60,000 nt of DNA from Malacoraja senta (Eukaryota): NCBI GenBank assembly GCA_038087875.1, contig CM075989.1, forward strand, positions 11,782,001 through 11,842,000, written 5' to 3'. How positions within the stretch are numbered: the first letter of the stretch is position 1; each line of letters begins with the position of its first letter. A program made the position numbers and the translations under genes. Below the pieces are notes generated by a model. The model worked only from the letters and a program-made list of their open reading frames with translations. It was not told where the DNA came from and searched no databases. This document shows positions 27,367-43,452 of this stretch, piece by piece.

Positions 27367-27711
<345 letters not shown>

Positions 27712-28670
27712 TCAGAGAAACCATCAGATGAAAGAAAAATGTCCGTCCATTTCTCTTTGTATAATAGCTTGAAGATGGGGAGAAGATGCTACAAGACTGA
27801 AATTCAAGAATCAGTCTTTCACGCACTTTCTAGGATGTATGTAAACCAATGGTTAAAACATGGAAGGATGAGACACAAGGATGGGCGTGACAGTGCACCA
27901 TTGAAGATCAGCATTTTCCAGCAAGGTGAGCTGAATGGTTGGTGGCACCATCTTGCAGGTTGGACAGTAAACCAAGCAACATCTGCTCCCCCAAGCGAGC
28001 AAGTGGTGGAGTTCTCCCACCAAGACAGCTCAATCAATATCACCAAAACATACAATATGATCATTTTTATGGAACCAATTGTGGGAGCTTGATGGGAACA
28101 TTGGCTATGTGTTTCCTCCTTTATGTAAGTTACTAATTTTTTTAAATTAGTTATAAAGAGCTCCAAGACATTGAGGTTGTGAAATTGAATTTCTTTCTCT
28201 TTGACCGTAAGCATCAATCTCAATACATGTGGGGTGGGGAAGAACAGAATGGGCATGACATTTTGCTTCCATCACAACAGAGATTGTGCATTCAAGTCCT
28301 ATTGTGTTCTGAGATATTGTGCATTGTTTATGTGCCCATACATAAGCAACAGCTTTAACGGGTGTTCCTTACAGGCAATCAGGAAGCAGTCTTGGACTAA
28401 TTTCATTGGCACAGTGGATTACAAAGTTACGTCATAATGGATTGATTATGCTGGAGAGTATTGGCTGTGAAAATCTCCTTCAGGTTTTTACCATCCAAAT
28501 GCACACCCCTCTGTGCAATTTAATAAAATCCACTTTTTTCTAAATATCAATCAGAAGGAAGTTTGATGGGTTGTTTAAGAAAGAACTGCAGTTGCTGGAA
28601 AAATCGAAGGTAGACAAAAATGTTGGAGAAACTCAGCGGGTGAGGCAGCATCTATAGAGAAGGAATAGGC

Positions 28671-28698
28671 GACGTTTCAGGTCGAGACCCTTCTTCAG
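28671..28698 (-). ncRNA. Minimal hammerhead ribozyme motif, sense to BLM intron 13
   Basis: ctgaagaagggtctcgacctgaaacgtc within a Penelope-derived element at 28571-28698, flanked by agtttgatggg repeats. Confidence 0.55.
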
Positions 28699-30545
28699 TT
28701 TGATGGGACTATCTCTAAAAGGAGGTGGCATGTGATTCTTATTTCACTGCCAGTGATTTCCATTTCAGTGATAAAACAGAATATAAAAGGAAAACAGGGA
28801 ACTGTTAGCCTGTTAGCTCACATGTTAGCCTGACATCAGTAATTGGAAAAATGCCAAAATCTGTAACAAAGGATGAGATAACAAGACATTTAGAAAATTA
28901 ATTATTTTCAGCAGAGTCAATGTGAATTTTATAAAAGGGAAATCATATTTGACTAAATCCATTGAAGTCAAACCTGTGGAAATGGGGTATTTAAATGTTC
29001 AGACTTCCTCCGTTAACTTTCTACATAGGTTGGTGAACAAGAAACTTCAATGAAATTTGGTTTATGATTAGGTTGAAGAACAAGCACATAAATTAGGGAT
29101 GATGCACAAACAAGATTGAGAGATAGTTAACACAAAGTAAACTATTAAAACGTGTAGGAAGGAACTGCAGATGCTGGTTTAAATCGAAGATAGACATAAA
29201 ATGCTGGAGTAACTCAGCGGGACAGGCATCATCTCTGGAGAGAAGGAATGGGCGACGTTTCGAGTCGAGATCCTTCAGACTATCAGACCAATAAACTATC
29301 AAAAAGGATCTTCTTAGGATGGCAGACTATGATTAGTCAGGTACACTGGGATTGGTGCATGGGCCCTAACTATTCACAAACCTAATAAATATTTTCTCCT
29401 CAGCCAAACTGCAGGATTTCCGAGTTTGCTGTTGACACAAGACAAAGTGAAAATGCAAGTTGTTATGAGGATGCAATGATGCTTCATGGGAAAATAAACA
29501 AGCTGAATGAGTGGGCAACAACATGACAGATGGAGTACAATGTGAAAAATGTAAAGTTACCCTCTTGAGTAGAATGTTGATGCTTCAATGCACCTTGATA
29601 TCATGGTTTCTAAATCACTGAAAGCTAATGTGGCGCAGCACGCAATGAGGCAGGGAAGTGGCATGCTCGTCTTTATTGAATGAGGATATAGTTTAGTTTG
29701 GTGATACAGAATAGAAACAGCCCCTTTGGCCCGTTGAGTCCACGCAGACCAGCAATCACCCGTTTACATTAGCTCTATGTTATGCCACTTTCTCATCCCA
29801 CTCCCTACACACTGCAGCAATTCACAGAGGCCAATCAACCTACAGACTTGCAAGTCTTCGGGATGTAGGAGGATAGCAAAGCACCTGGAAGAAACCCACA
29901 TGGTCACAGGGTATAGGGTAGATGTAAGGATAATGTTTCCTTTGTCTGAGGAGCCTGAAACTAGAGGGTCACAGTCGCATAATCAGGGTCAGGCCATTGA
30001 GGATGGAAATGAGGAGAAATTTATCGCAGGAAAATGATACGAAGGTAGAAGATCTTGCAGAGCACTCCCAAGGCGCATCCTTATCATTTTTCTGCGTGCA
30101 TGTCATTTTCAAGGGTGTAATATTGAGATGCAACCAAGCACACAAGGCAGCAAGTCTGTGTGCATGAACACAGATTAAATTGATTTGAAGTGTAATCGCT
30201 AACCAGGTCAACAATATAAAGTAGCTATTTTGCATAAACAAGATCCCTATAAGCAGAACTGACCAGTTATGTAATTGTTTACTGATTGGTGCTAAATTTG
30301 AAGAAGATATTTTTTAATAAAATAAATTCTGGAGATAATTGCTTGAATAAAAGCTGGCATAATCAGAGTTACTTTATGCGTGCTATCACTTCTTTTGTCT
30401 CTCCTTCTCTCAAGATGTGACTAGTCATAAACTTCAGTGATGATCTATTACATTTATGGGGCATCACAGCCCGAAATACATCAGTGAGTCATGGGGGCCA
30501 AATAAATACTTAGCTCTAAATATACAAAAGAAGATTAAACTGTCA

Positions 30546-30809
<264 letters not shown>

Positions 30810-31760
30810 TCAATGCATATTGCAAATCGAGCAAACGTGATTTTCTAAATTTAAATGCCTTATTGTGAGAACTGCAGAATGCATAACCGTGGAAACGAGA
30901 GGTTTACATCATCTTGTCAGTAGTGCCCAAGGGTGTAAATGGGCAACTTTAAAATTTGATTTCTTTCATGGTTTTCACATTCCTTCCAGGCATGGCACAG
31001 ACATGACAGAGTCCTCCTTTTACAGACAATATCTTTAACTGTAATTGGTTGTGATGTAAATGCTAATCTGCACACAGCAAACTCGCACAAACAGACTGAT
31101 GCCTAAGTATTGTGTTAGAGATGTTAATTTAGGGATTACTATTGGCCAGGACACTGAAAGAACTACCTTGCCCTCATCAAAATGGAGCAACAGGCTTTTT
31201 AAAGTCCACCTTAGGGAGAAAGAGGGATTATTATTGTAACATCTTAAGGTGGCATCACCAGCATGCAGCACTTGCTCAGTGTTGCCCTGGAATATTAGCA
31301 CGAATCATGTATTGAAGGCTGGTATAGCACCCGACCCCACAGATTTCTACTTTGAATGTCCGAAGATGACACTCAATGCAAAAGGGAAGAATTAAAGTAA
31401 ACCTCTGTCAAAACTCCAATCCTTATTGTAAGGAAAATGATCTTCATTATAGTGAATATGCTGCTATTGAACAATGAGTGGTGGACGCTACATGTAATGT
31501 TAATGAGTAGCAGGATCTGGGGATCATCTACAATACTGAAAGTGTTACGTTAGCATCACTTTTTAAGGTGAGACACTAAACAGATACGTTACCTTCTTTC
31601 TTACATGAATAAAAAAAGGAACAAGATAAAACTGGGCCAACATTTACAGCTCAATTACGATCACAAAACAGATCATGAAATCACTATTATGTCACTGATC
31701 ATGGGATTTTGCTGCAAGCAGATTGGGTTAACAATTTTTATTACCTCACAACAGTCAGAC

Positions 31761-32140
31761 TAAATTGGAGGAACAGCATCTCATATTTCACTTGGGCACT
31801 TTGATTTCTCTAACTTCAGGTAGCCCTGGCATTCCCTCTCTCTCTATCCTTCTCCCACCCAAGTCGCACTAGCTTCTCGTTTTCACCTAACAAACTACTA
31901 ACATTGGCCTGTTTCGTTTATCATCGTTACTTTTTTGCACATCTTTCACTCATTGTTCTTTATCTCTCCACATCATCGCCTATATTTCTCGTTTCCCTTA
32001 TCCCTAACCAGTCTGAAGAAGGGTCCCGACCCAAAACGTCACCCATTCCTCTCTCCAGAGACGCTGCGTGTCCCACTGAGCTACTCCAGCTTTGTGTCTA
32101 TCTTCGGTTTAAACCAACATCTGTTGTTCCTTCCTACACA
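31761..32140 (+). mobile_element. Penelope-like element 3' fragment
   Basis: KLEEQHLIFHLG remnant followed by the pyrimidine-rich tract and the hammerhead-type unit. Confidence 0.65.
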
Positions 32141-33765
32141 TTACATGCACAATATTGGTTGCAAGGTGTTTTGAGATGACGAGAAATAGAAATACAACTT
32201 TTTCTTACTTTCTGAATAGAGGAATACAGTCAAATCATACACACAGAAACAGCTCAATTTCTCCCCATGTCCATGCTGTCCATTGTATTCATCTACACTG
32301 AACATATTTACAAATAGATCCATGGCACTACACAAACCGACAATTTAAGTATTTGACTAGACGTTTCTTAAATGTCATTAGATTATCTGTCTCCAAAACC
32401 TCGTCAGGTCTAGATTTCGATTTATTATTGTCATGTGTACCGATGTACAGCTTTGTTTTGCATGCTACCCAAACAAATATACCATAAATAAATACAATCG
32501 AGTCAAACACATGTACAATAGATAGAGCAAAGGGGAAGATAGTGTGAAGAATATAGTTTGCAGCATTGCAGCACTTCACTTCCATAGACAAAGTTTAAGA
32601 TCCATAAAGGGGAGAGATAAATCGGACAGTACCCTAGTAAACGGAAGGACTGTTCAGAAGCATAACACAGGGGAAGAAGCTGTTCCCGAGCCTTGTGGGG
32701 TGCTCTTTCAAGCTTCTGTATTTTCTGCTGGACTGGAGCAGGGGGAAGGAGGAATGACTGGGGTGGAACTGCTTTTCCAGGGCAGTGGAAAGTGTATATG
32801 AAGTCAAAGGTGGGAAGTCTGGTCTGTGTGATGGACTAGGCTACGTCTACAACTCTACAATTTATTGTGGTCTTAGACAGAGCTGTTCCCAAACCAAGCT
32901 GTGATGCAATCCAACAGTATGCTTTCCATGGTGCATCTGTTGAAAGTTGTGAGAATCAATGAAGACATGCCCAAATGTCCTCAATCTCCTCAGGAAGTAG
33001 ACCTGTTGGTGTTCCTTCTAGGCTGTCATACCAATATGGTTGATCCACGACAGATCGTTGAAAATATTATTGCCAAGGAACGTGAAGATCTCAACCATTT
33101 CCAGTTCATTCCAGAATCTAACCACTCTGTGAAGAGAATTTGGCCCCAAAACTCCAAGAAACATTCTATCTCTCATTTTAAACGTGTGCCCTCTTATTTT
33201 AATAGCACCCTATCTGTCTTATCCAAACCCCTCGATTTTAAATATCACATCCGTCTCACACGTTCACTTTATGTTTTTCTTTTTTTTTTTAAAGAACAAT
33301 TTGGATGCATTTAAAGGAAAGAATGGTCCTTCGCACAGAAAAAGCTAAATTAGTAGGAAAATATTTGAAATTCCAGACTCCAAACCCCAGATTGTGGAGT
33401 CAAAGTCTGGTGCTTTTGAAGAGCGCTTTCTATTGTGTCCAACTGAAAGACTATAAAGCATCTGTAATTTTTAGAATGTATACAGGTTATAGTACTTATG
33501 TGGCAATTCTGATGGGGAGTTGGAGGACTGCGGTTTATGAAGGATAGGAGCATTATTCTGCATTCAGGTGAAACTTGTGCATCTCGAGTCACAGATCTAA
33601 TGGCCATGGGGTTTGCCACTGGATTGACACTTGCTTTTAGATAAAGGAATCCTTAGTCAATTCTGAAGAAATGCAACAAAATAATTTGACACCAATCAGG
33701 GAAAAAAGCAGAAGATATGTTTTAAATTGTATAGATAATAGTGTGTAATAAATATTATGAATCTA

Positions 33766-34092
<327 letters not shown>

Positions 34093-34364
34093 CTATTGGC
34101 GAACAGCAGTAGTATTTCAGCCATAATAAACCCGCTCCCCGAATAAAACCTCTTTCATGAGCAACAGGCAAGGAGAGAAAATTGACAAAATAAGATTCTA
34201 CTACAATAAGATGAAGCAATAATAAACATTGAAACCAGGATCTTGAGAAATGCAAAAGAAGGGGGTGTGCATGGGTGGGGAAGGTCCTGTTGTTAACTTG
34301 CAGGAAAAGCTGCAATTCTGAGCATGAACTGATCTTTCCAGAAGACAATCACTCATCTTCTCTA

Positions 34365-34580
34365 GAAGATAGACACAAAATGCTGGAGTAACACAACAGG
34401 ACAGGCAGCATCTCTGGAGAGATGGGTGATGTTTCGTGTCGAGACTGTCTTCAGACTGAAGAAGGGTCACGACCTGAAAAGTCACCCATTCCTTCTCTCC
34501 AGAGATGCTGCCTGTCCCGCTGTATTACTGCAGCATTTTGTCTATCTTCATTTTAAACCAGCATCTGCAGTTCTTTCCTA
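34365..34580. mobile_element. Penelope-derived inverted-repeat element; similar pairs at ~25257-25440, 39652-39865, 44003-44175, 55845-56045 and 56323-56535; single copies at ~190-285, 5742-5808, 29151-29280 and 54160-54230
   Basis: Shared gatgctgcctg.cccgctgagttactccagc unit plus the ctgaagaaggg...gaaa motif. Confidence 0.75.
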
Positions 34581-35735
34581 CTGCTTTTCTTCTCCGCATC
34601 AGGGTATCTTCAACAAATTTCATATTTCTGCTCACTCTCCATCGAATTTTACCATATGAAGTCAGCTTAGACTGACATCTTGCAAGACAGGATCCTCTTC
34701 AAACTGCTGCCACTACTGAGATCTCAATAAAAACATCTCAGAGGAGAGGATCTTTTGTTTGTACAAGCCACTGGGAGCTGTGATTTGCATCGTAAACTGC
34801 AGCCTACACTCATTTGGTGCTAATTTACAAGATGAATCATGGCTTTGAGCAGCAGGTATAATATTGAAAAAGATATTGCTCTCTGCTATTCCCTAAGGTG
34901 TTTGTCAGCTGAGTGCATCCTCCCACTCAAAACAAATTCATCTGCTAACTGCAGAATGGGAGCGGGTTTTCAAAAACAACAAGCAGCTCTCCACTAGGGG
35001 TGAGGCAGCACACTGCATGCTCCATCCCGTTAGCAGCTCACAGCTGGGGTATAACAATCACTTCCATCACCCCTTGAATGGGGAGAGTGGAAAACAGCAA
35101 AATGCGAGTGTGCCTGCTCCTCTTCGCTTAGTGACAGCTACCCTTACACCAGCTGGAAAAGAGTAATCATCTCCTTGCTCCGAGTAAGGCAGCACACCAC
35201 CACGACTGCCCCTCTCCACACTGCACCAGTCAGCTCCCTGAAACCAAGAGAGTGCTATTGGCTGTGGACTGCAACACATCAGATCAAGGAGCATGTTCCG
35301 TAAGAAGGGCAAAGCACTTGCTTCAGGCCAAGTCGGACAGAATCCTTCACTCCTCATCCCACCCTCCAGGTCAAGCCCATGTCCAATCCTCACATGCAGT
35401 TCCTTTTAAGGCCTTGTGTCGTTCCAAAGTGCTTCACAGCCAACGAAATGTGATCAAATAGGAAGATCCAACAAATTATACGACTGATGATAAAGTAACC
35501 ACAATGCTCAGTTTTGGGCTGGGTACCAATCTGGATTCCCCCAGTTATCTTTGGATGTTTCCCAGTACTCTTTCTCCAAGAGATTCTATCCATCTACATG
35601 ATGAGGAAGGCAGATCTTGGTTTGGTACCTGCTAGTTGCATCTGACTGTAGGATACTTGATAAAAAATTCTATCCAGGAGTAGTCGTCTCTGTGCACAAG
35701 TATCATGAATAGTCTGATCTACTGAGCCAAATCTA

Positions 35736-35882
<147 letters not shown>

Positions 35883-37157
35883 TCAAGGTTAATAGAAAAA
35901 TAGGTGCAGAAGTAGGCCATTCAGCCCTTCGAGCCAGTACTGCCATTCAATATGATCATGGCTAATCATCTAAAATCAGTACCCCTTTGCTGCTTTTCCC
36001 CCATATCCCTAGATTCATTTAGCTCCAAGAGCTAAATCTAACCACCTCTTGAAAACATACAGTGAATTAGCCTCCACTGCCTTCTGTGGCAGAGATTTCC
36101 ACAGATTCACAACTTTCTGGGCGAAAAAGTTTTTTTTTCATCTCAGTCCTAAATGGCCTAACCCTTATTCTTAAACTGTGATCCCCTGGTTCTGGACTCC
36201 CTGAACATTGGGAACATATTCCTACATCTAGCCTGTCCAATCCTTTAAGAATTTATATGTTTCTATGAGATCTCCTTTCATCCTTCCAAATTCCAGTGAA
36301 TACAAGCCCAAAGTGTTGTAGGCTCCGGAAGCTTTTATAAAATATTATTTTTGGGACATAGTAGCCCTATGATGGTGGTCATGTGATGCCTTCTACAACC
36401 AATGCTGTGGCACTTTAATATTACCAAGCAGCGATCCAGTGAAATGACTGCTAACTGCTCTCCTCTACCCCACACAACTAGGTCACCCAAAGACCCCTTA
36501 CATCTTTATTCCTTGTGGATGAGACCACAGAAAAATCATTTGCAAAAGTACAAGGGCATTGTACTCAGACTCTGCAAACTCTTTGGGAATATTGTGTAAA
36601 TGAATACTCTGATTTTTAAGTATCTACAGTTCAAACACAGCAAGGTAGAGGATTACATTGACTCGTGGAGCACCAGTACAATAATAAATTAAAATAAATA
36701 GCTTAGGAAAATCAGTGACGAATTTTTGTGTCTCAAGGGCATATACATTTGTTGTAAACTATGTATAAATTCTTTAAATGTTGGCCATTGCTCGATCGTT
36801 CATCTTCTCAACATACCACAGCTAACACACACCAAACACTTTGTAGTTTCCTTGGTTTAAATTCTGGTGTCAGAACCAATTCTCTTTCACTCTTTATACG
36901 CGTTACATCATATCATATTCATTCTGCCCCCGAAAAACCCTCAGCTACAAGATCATCAATGACTCCTTTTGCACAATAAGAAGCTTAAAACAATCAGTTA
37001 GTTCTCTCTCTGGGTCCTCAAAATACAGATCTAGAAAAGCATCTCATATATTCAATGACTTAATCCACTACACTGTTACTGCTAACTTGGTAAACTACCC
37101 CAAGAATACTGTATTATCCTTGTTACATACGGATTTCATTTTCTGACTTTTGCCCTA

Positions 37158-37331
<174 letters not shown>

Positions 37332-38093
37332 TCAACATGTTTCACGATAGCATGCCCTTATCTCACTACATCTATTCCTGCCCTTAAGAGTTCCAGCTGG
37401 TAAGTTCATTTCAAGAACGGTTAGTGACATATATCTGCCCCTCCGAATTGGTTCAACATGTTTTGACCAGGAATCTGGGGAGCACAGGATTCAAATCAGT
37501 GCCTGACAACCCATTGTCAACTGTGCCCACATGTTAAAGGCAAGGGGCCCTTTCTCGTTCATCCATGCAAAACACTTTGAATAATGTCTCTCTACATCGG
37601 CTGATGTCACTGAATTCTTGCAACATGCCTCAAAAGTGCCTTAATCTAACTCTAATTTACTACCTGCTCCCATGCATTATAAATAATCGACTCTTATGAC
37701 ACAGGACACAGTTAATTGGCCTGTCGCCCAAATAATGATCTTTAAAAACTCTCCATTAACTCCTATTCTCCTTCCCTTTTCCCATTCACCTGCAATATTT
37801 TTTTCTTGCAGGTATTTATACAATTTACGTTTGAAAATTCCTGGTGAACCTGCTTCCACTGCCACCAGGTAATGACGTGAAAAATACTCATGACTCCTCT
37901 CGTTATTTTATCACTCACCATTCAGTGATCCATCTGCCAATAAAAATGGTTATTCTTTATTAAAACATGCCATAATTTATCTATCATATACTCTGCTCCA
38001 TCCAAGAACCACCCCAATAAAAGATTAGCTTTGAAAAATTCTCAGTCATTCTGTCATCACAGCATTATCTAAAAAATGACTTTTAATAACTTA

Positions 38094-38300
<207 letters not shown>

Positions 38301-39994
38301 CTACAACAGAACTGGGTATCATTAGAATTTCTTCTGCAGAAAAGCAGATGAGCTTCTGTCCACCATTTTCATCATGAAACCAATTAAAGTTGAGGAACTG
38401 CTCTCAGCGACATTGGTAGCTTTTATTCCTCAGCAGTTACCATTAAGAATAGACCTTACTTTTCTAATGTCCTCATTTGTTGGTCATGGGTTGTTGCAGA
38501 GTACAATTGGACGGTCACACTTGGCTACATAAAAGCAACTGAATTTCAAGAGAGCAGGTGAAAGTTCATACCCAAAACAGTGTTTATTTCTTGCTTCACC
38601 ATGATACAAACCTCCTCTCCACACACCATTTGCTGCCAGATTTTCATAGGTGTTCAGAATCTGTAGCATGCCAATTGATATTGAGTAGTCCAGTGAACAA
38701 ATAAACAGAAATAGTGGGAGTGGTTGAGGAGAAAAACAGTGACAGTATGCAAGTGTTGAAAATCAATGGGAGAGGGAAGAGATGAGAGAGCTCAAGTAGT
38801 CTACTTTTAATCAGCAGCAATGTGACAGAAGGGATAATTGATTGTGCTATCAACTTAAGTAGAAGCAAACATGTTTAAACTCCTGCAGTGAGGGAGGGGA
38901 GAAAGAGGTTACCTAAAATTGGAGAATCCAATGTTGGGTTGTAAGTTACCCCAAGTATAATAACTACAAGAACAGGTACACACTTAGAATTTTGTTCCAT
39001 AGATGCTGCCTCACCCGCTGAGTTTCTCCAGCATTTTTGTCTACACACTTAGAATTCTCTGGCAAGTGACTCATCTGCCAATTTCTCAGCTTGTCTACCA
39101 TCTGCAAAGCTCAAGCCAGGTGTGTGATGGAGTACGCTCTACTTGCCTGGATGAGTGCAGCACTGAACAACATTCAAAAAGTTCATCATACAGTATCTAA
39201 TGGCTCGCTTGTTAGGCACCCTATCCATAACCATTCAGTCACTCCAATGATGCACAGTTGCAGCAGTTTGTACCATTTACAGGATGCACTGCAGCAATGC
39301 TCCAAGACTCCTTAAACTACACCTACCTAACTATGGCCTCTGCCACTAGAAGGACAAGGACAGCAAAAACATGGGAAACGCCGCTACCTGGAAGTTGCCG
39401 TCCTAGCCACACACCATCCTGACTTGCAAATATTTTGCCAATCTTTCACTGTCACCGGATCAAAATCCTGGACCTTCCCCAACATTGTGGGAATACCCAC
39501 ACCTCAAGGACTGCAAGGGTTCAAGACAGTAGCTCATCATCACCTTCTCATGGACAATTGGGATGAGTAATTAAATGCTGGCTCAGCTTGTGAAGCCCAA
39601 GTGCTTTGAAGAAGAGAGAGACTCAAAAGTAAAAATAGCTAGCATTTAGAAATAATGAACAGCAGATACTGATTTACAAAGACAGACAAAATGCTGGAGT
39701 AACTCAAGAGGGTCAGGCAGCATCCCTGGAGAACATGGATAGGTAACATTTCGGATTGGGACCCTTCTTCATCTGAGGAAAGGTCCCAACCCGAAACCTT
39801 ACCTATCCATATTCTCCAAGGAACCTGCTTGACCCGCTGAATTGCTCCAGCATTTTGTGTCTTTTCACAGCTAATGCGACTTTTGAAACATGAAATTATA
39901 AACAAAATGAAATAATCATGTATTTATATAGGTTACAAAGATAAGGTACCCAAACTTCTATGAAGTGAGTGACTTGAGGCACTTGCTTGAGCTA

Positions 39995-40225
<231 letters not shown>

Positions 40226-40741
40226 TCATTCTATTCATTAAAAAAAAACACGTTATAATCATGCTCGCTCTCTGCACCAGCCAGTGTCCCTGAATTTGAA
40301 TCTTAGGAGCAACCAACATAGTAATAATGAGCAGGGTAGACTGCAGGAGGCCAACAGACTGCCAAAATCAGCAGATACATCAGCAAATGCAATTTAACGA
40401 AGGTAAATGTAAAACTGCACATTAGGACAAGGAATCTACAGAGATAGATTAATCTAATTGTGGACCATTTTAAATGGAATGAATGAATAAAGAGACATTG
40501 AGTGAATATAAATCATTAAAGGTTGTAGAACAACGGGTTGAAACAATTAAGAAACCATGTCGTCAGATTTTAAAACACAAAGCTGGACCACAGTACACCA
40601 TTTGGCGCACCTTGCTTTGGAAAGGATGTCAAAGCCCTGGAACATATGCAGTGGTTACTTACTACGGACATGTTTGAAGAAAGCAGCAAAGAAAATCAAG
40701 TTGGACCAAAGGGCCTGTTTCCATGCTGTATGGATCACTCT

Positions 40742-41543
40742 AAGATGGAGACACAACAGCAATGTCTCAAGCCCAAAGCCTACCAGCGGGCATGGAGCGC
40801 CGTTTCCTGGCGGGGACCGCCCAGCAGCTCGGCTTCGGTGGCGGCACAGCGCTGGAGCGCTATCGCGGAGCGGAGCGGGCGATGCCTTGCCTGGGTCGCC
40901 GCGCTGGATCAACGCGCTGGAGCTGTGACCGCCGAGTTCAACACCTCCGGGCTGCGGGGCTGCGGAGAGGAGTGGGCGGCGCCGACTTCAACATCGGGAG
41001 CCTGGGAGCTCCAAACCGGCGCGGCCTTGTCGGCTTCGGAAGCCGCGGCCTCCGGTAAGCAATGTGGCCGTTCCAGGTGGCCCAGCTGCTGAGAGGACTC
41101 TCCTGACGCCGGGGGAACAGCACCCGGTGAGAACGGCCAGGAACATCGGGCCTCCGTAGAGGCAATAGCAGAGGCCTCAATAGGCCTGACTTTGGGAGAA
41201 CTGGGGATGGGGACTGGACATTGTGCCTTCCCCCACAGTGGTAACCATTGTGGGGGGATGATTTTTGTATGTAGTGTCTATTTTAGTCTGTGTCCAAGAT
41301 GGCGGTCGGAAGGGAGAGTGGACGCTGGTGCGGTTTAGCTGCCGCTGCTCTCTCTTCACATTGTGTTTCTGATTTTTTTTTTGTGTCTTTGGATCAAATT
41401 CTGTTTTTAATTTGTGTATTGGTGATGTCTTTATAATTTATTTTACTCCGATTATATGTTTATTACTTGTAAAACTCTGTAAGGTGTCCTTGAGACTTTG
41501 GTATATGGCGCCCATAAATAAAATTTATTATTATTATTATTAA
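40742..41543 (+). mobile_element. GC-rich non-autonomous retroelement with an L2-like (tat)n tail
   Basis: CpG-rich body; 3' end gtaaggtgtccttgag...ataaataaaatttattattatta. Confidence 0.55.
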
Positions 41544-42670
41544 TGGTCAAAATTTTAAAGATTTTGATGAAACAAATAAGAAATTGTTCATAAAGGTCCA
41601 ATAAACAAATAAATGAATAAAAATGTCTTCAACAAGCTGCTGCAAAGATCGAGAACTCACTACCTGCAAAGATGGAAAAATCTGATTCAGAGAATATTCA
41701 AAAGGTAATTTGATACATATTTGAAATGGATTCATTGGCAGGGTTATAGAGATAAAAAGCTGGAGTTTGACATGAAATTAGAGAGCTCTTTGAAAGAGGC
41801 CAGGCACAACTGGCTAAATGGCCTCTTCCTGTGTAGAGGTACAATGATTTGACAGGATGGGCAGAGACCTATTTGAACTGTACTACACGAATGTCAGATA
41901 CTGAACGAGCGGTTTCATACATGAGGTATATGGCATTAGGTAAACACGGCAAAATCTTTGGAACCTTCTCTCAGAATACCACACTCTGCATGGAGAAAAT
42001 AAAAAAATTAAATTACGAATTACTAGTAGCTTATACAATACCTGACAAAGTAACATGAAGCTTAAGTCTGCAAACTTCAGTTGAAAATTGAACCTACATT
42101 ACTGCACATTCACACCCCAGTCCTGCCTACAGGACGAACGCGTCACTGGACATCACTGTACCTGCCAGCACTTTCTTCTTGCCTTTCGTTCACAGCTCCG
42201 AGGCCGACTTCAGCAGCCACAGTTGAGCAAATGAGTTCTGCAAACACCAAAACACGAAACACAAGAACTCAGGAAGTATCCCAGTTATAAATCATACTGG
42301 CATCTGGTTGGCTTAATGGGCAAAGGCACCTACTGGTGCACTACAGTGTGAATGAAAGCCCCAATCAAACACTGTTACACATTGTTGATGTGATTTTTAT
42401 GCAGGCTGACCAATGACAGGAAACAGATTGCCACCAACACCATCACTCTAAGGGAGAGTTAAAACATGGGCATGTCGCAAACCTCTGGATCTGGACACGA
42501 TAATAGACATCTGCTGGCACCAACAGGCCTCAGCTCAGCATGAACAAACCCAGACGGAAGAAAATGTAAGATAATTGGGAATATACAGGCCCCACACTTA
42601 TCTACGAAACATTTAGCTGGTCATGGTCATGGATTATTTTATCCAGATTAATGTAAAGATCATTGATTAC

Positions 42671-43452
42671 CTGTGGAACAGAGCTTGGTTTGAGGTTTGA
42701 CACTGGCAGTTGCAGAGGGATAAGCCAAGTATGTGCTGCCATCTTGTACTGAAGTTCTCATCTCCCAGGACTTCTTGGACCCTCCCTCCCTGATGGGGAG
42801 AGTACTTGCATACAATGAATCATTGGCTGCAGGAACATTTGACGAATATGAAAAACACTCCATCTCTTCATCTAAATCGTCTAATTCAAAGTTATCAATA
42901 TCAAAATCATCCTCCAGTGCCGACGCCTCAGTGTTGCGGTCCTTGCCCTGTAGCCTCTGATTACGAGTAGCACACGTTCTTTCAGCAGACACTGCTGGCT
43001 GTCTGTCTGCCATGCTTGCCCCACCTTCATTTTGTGATCCATTTGCGATTTGACCACGTGGAGAATAAGTGTCCTGATTGGAACTTGATATGGAAGACTT
43101 GTTCCCTCCCACTGAAAGATCAAGCCTGCTTCTTTGCAGAAACGGCTTGTTCTGCGTGCAGCTAGTGGCAGGTGCAGAAAGGACACCTGTCCTGCCAGTG
43201 GGTGTAGAAGTTTCATAGAAATCTGCCTCATTAAGAAAATTATCATCAGGCAAAGTTGGTGTATTCTGGCAAGATTTCCTAAACATAAAGGTTTTAGATG
43301 TTCTTTGCCACCGGTCAGGATTTACATTAACAGGGGAACCAATAGTATTGGTAGAATAATTATTCTGAAGGCAATCTGGTCTGAAGGCAGCTTTTGCCGT
43401 ATCTTCATTTAGTATTTTCTGCGTTTCATTCTTATCAGCCATAAGCTTCTTT
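42671..43452 (-). CDS. BLM: BLM exon 7 (large disordered exon with acidic DDFDIDNFELDDLD)
   Basis: tag/gtaatc boundaries, 782 nt open frame, phase 2 to 1. Confidence 0.92.

Noticed and set aside
40557..41180. Cluster of overlapping GC-rich ORFs
   Set aside because: Lies within a non-autonomous retroelement; no domain-like sequence
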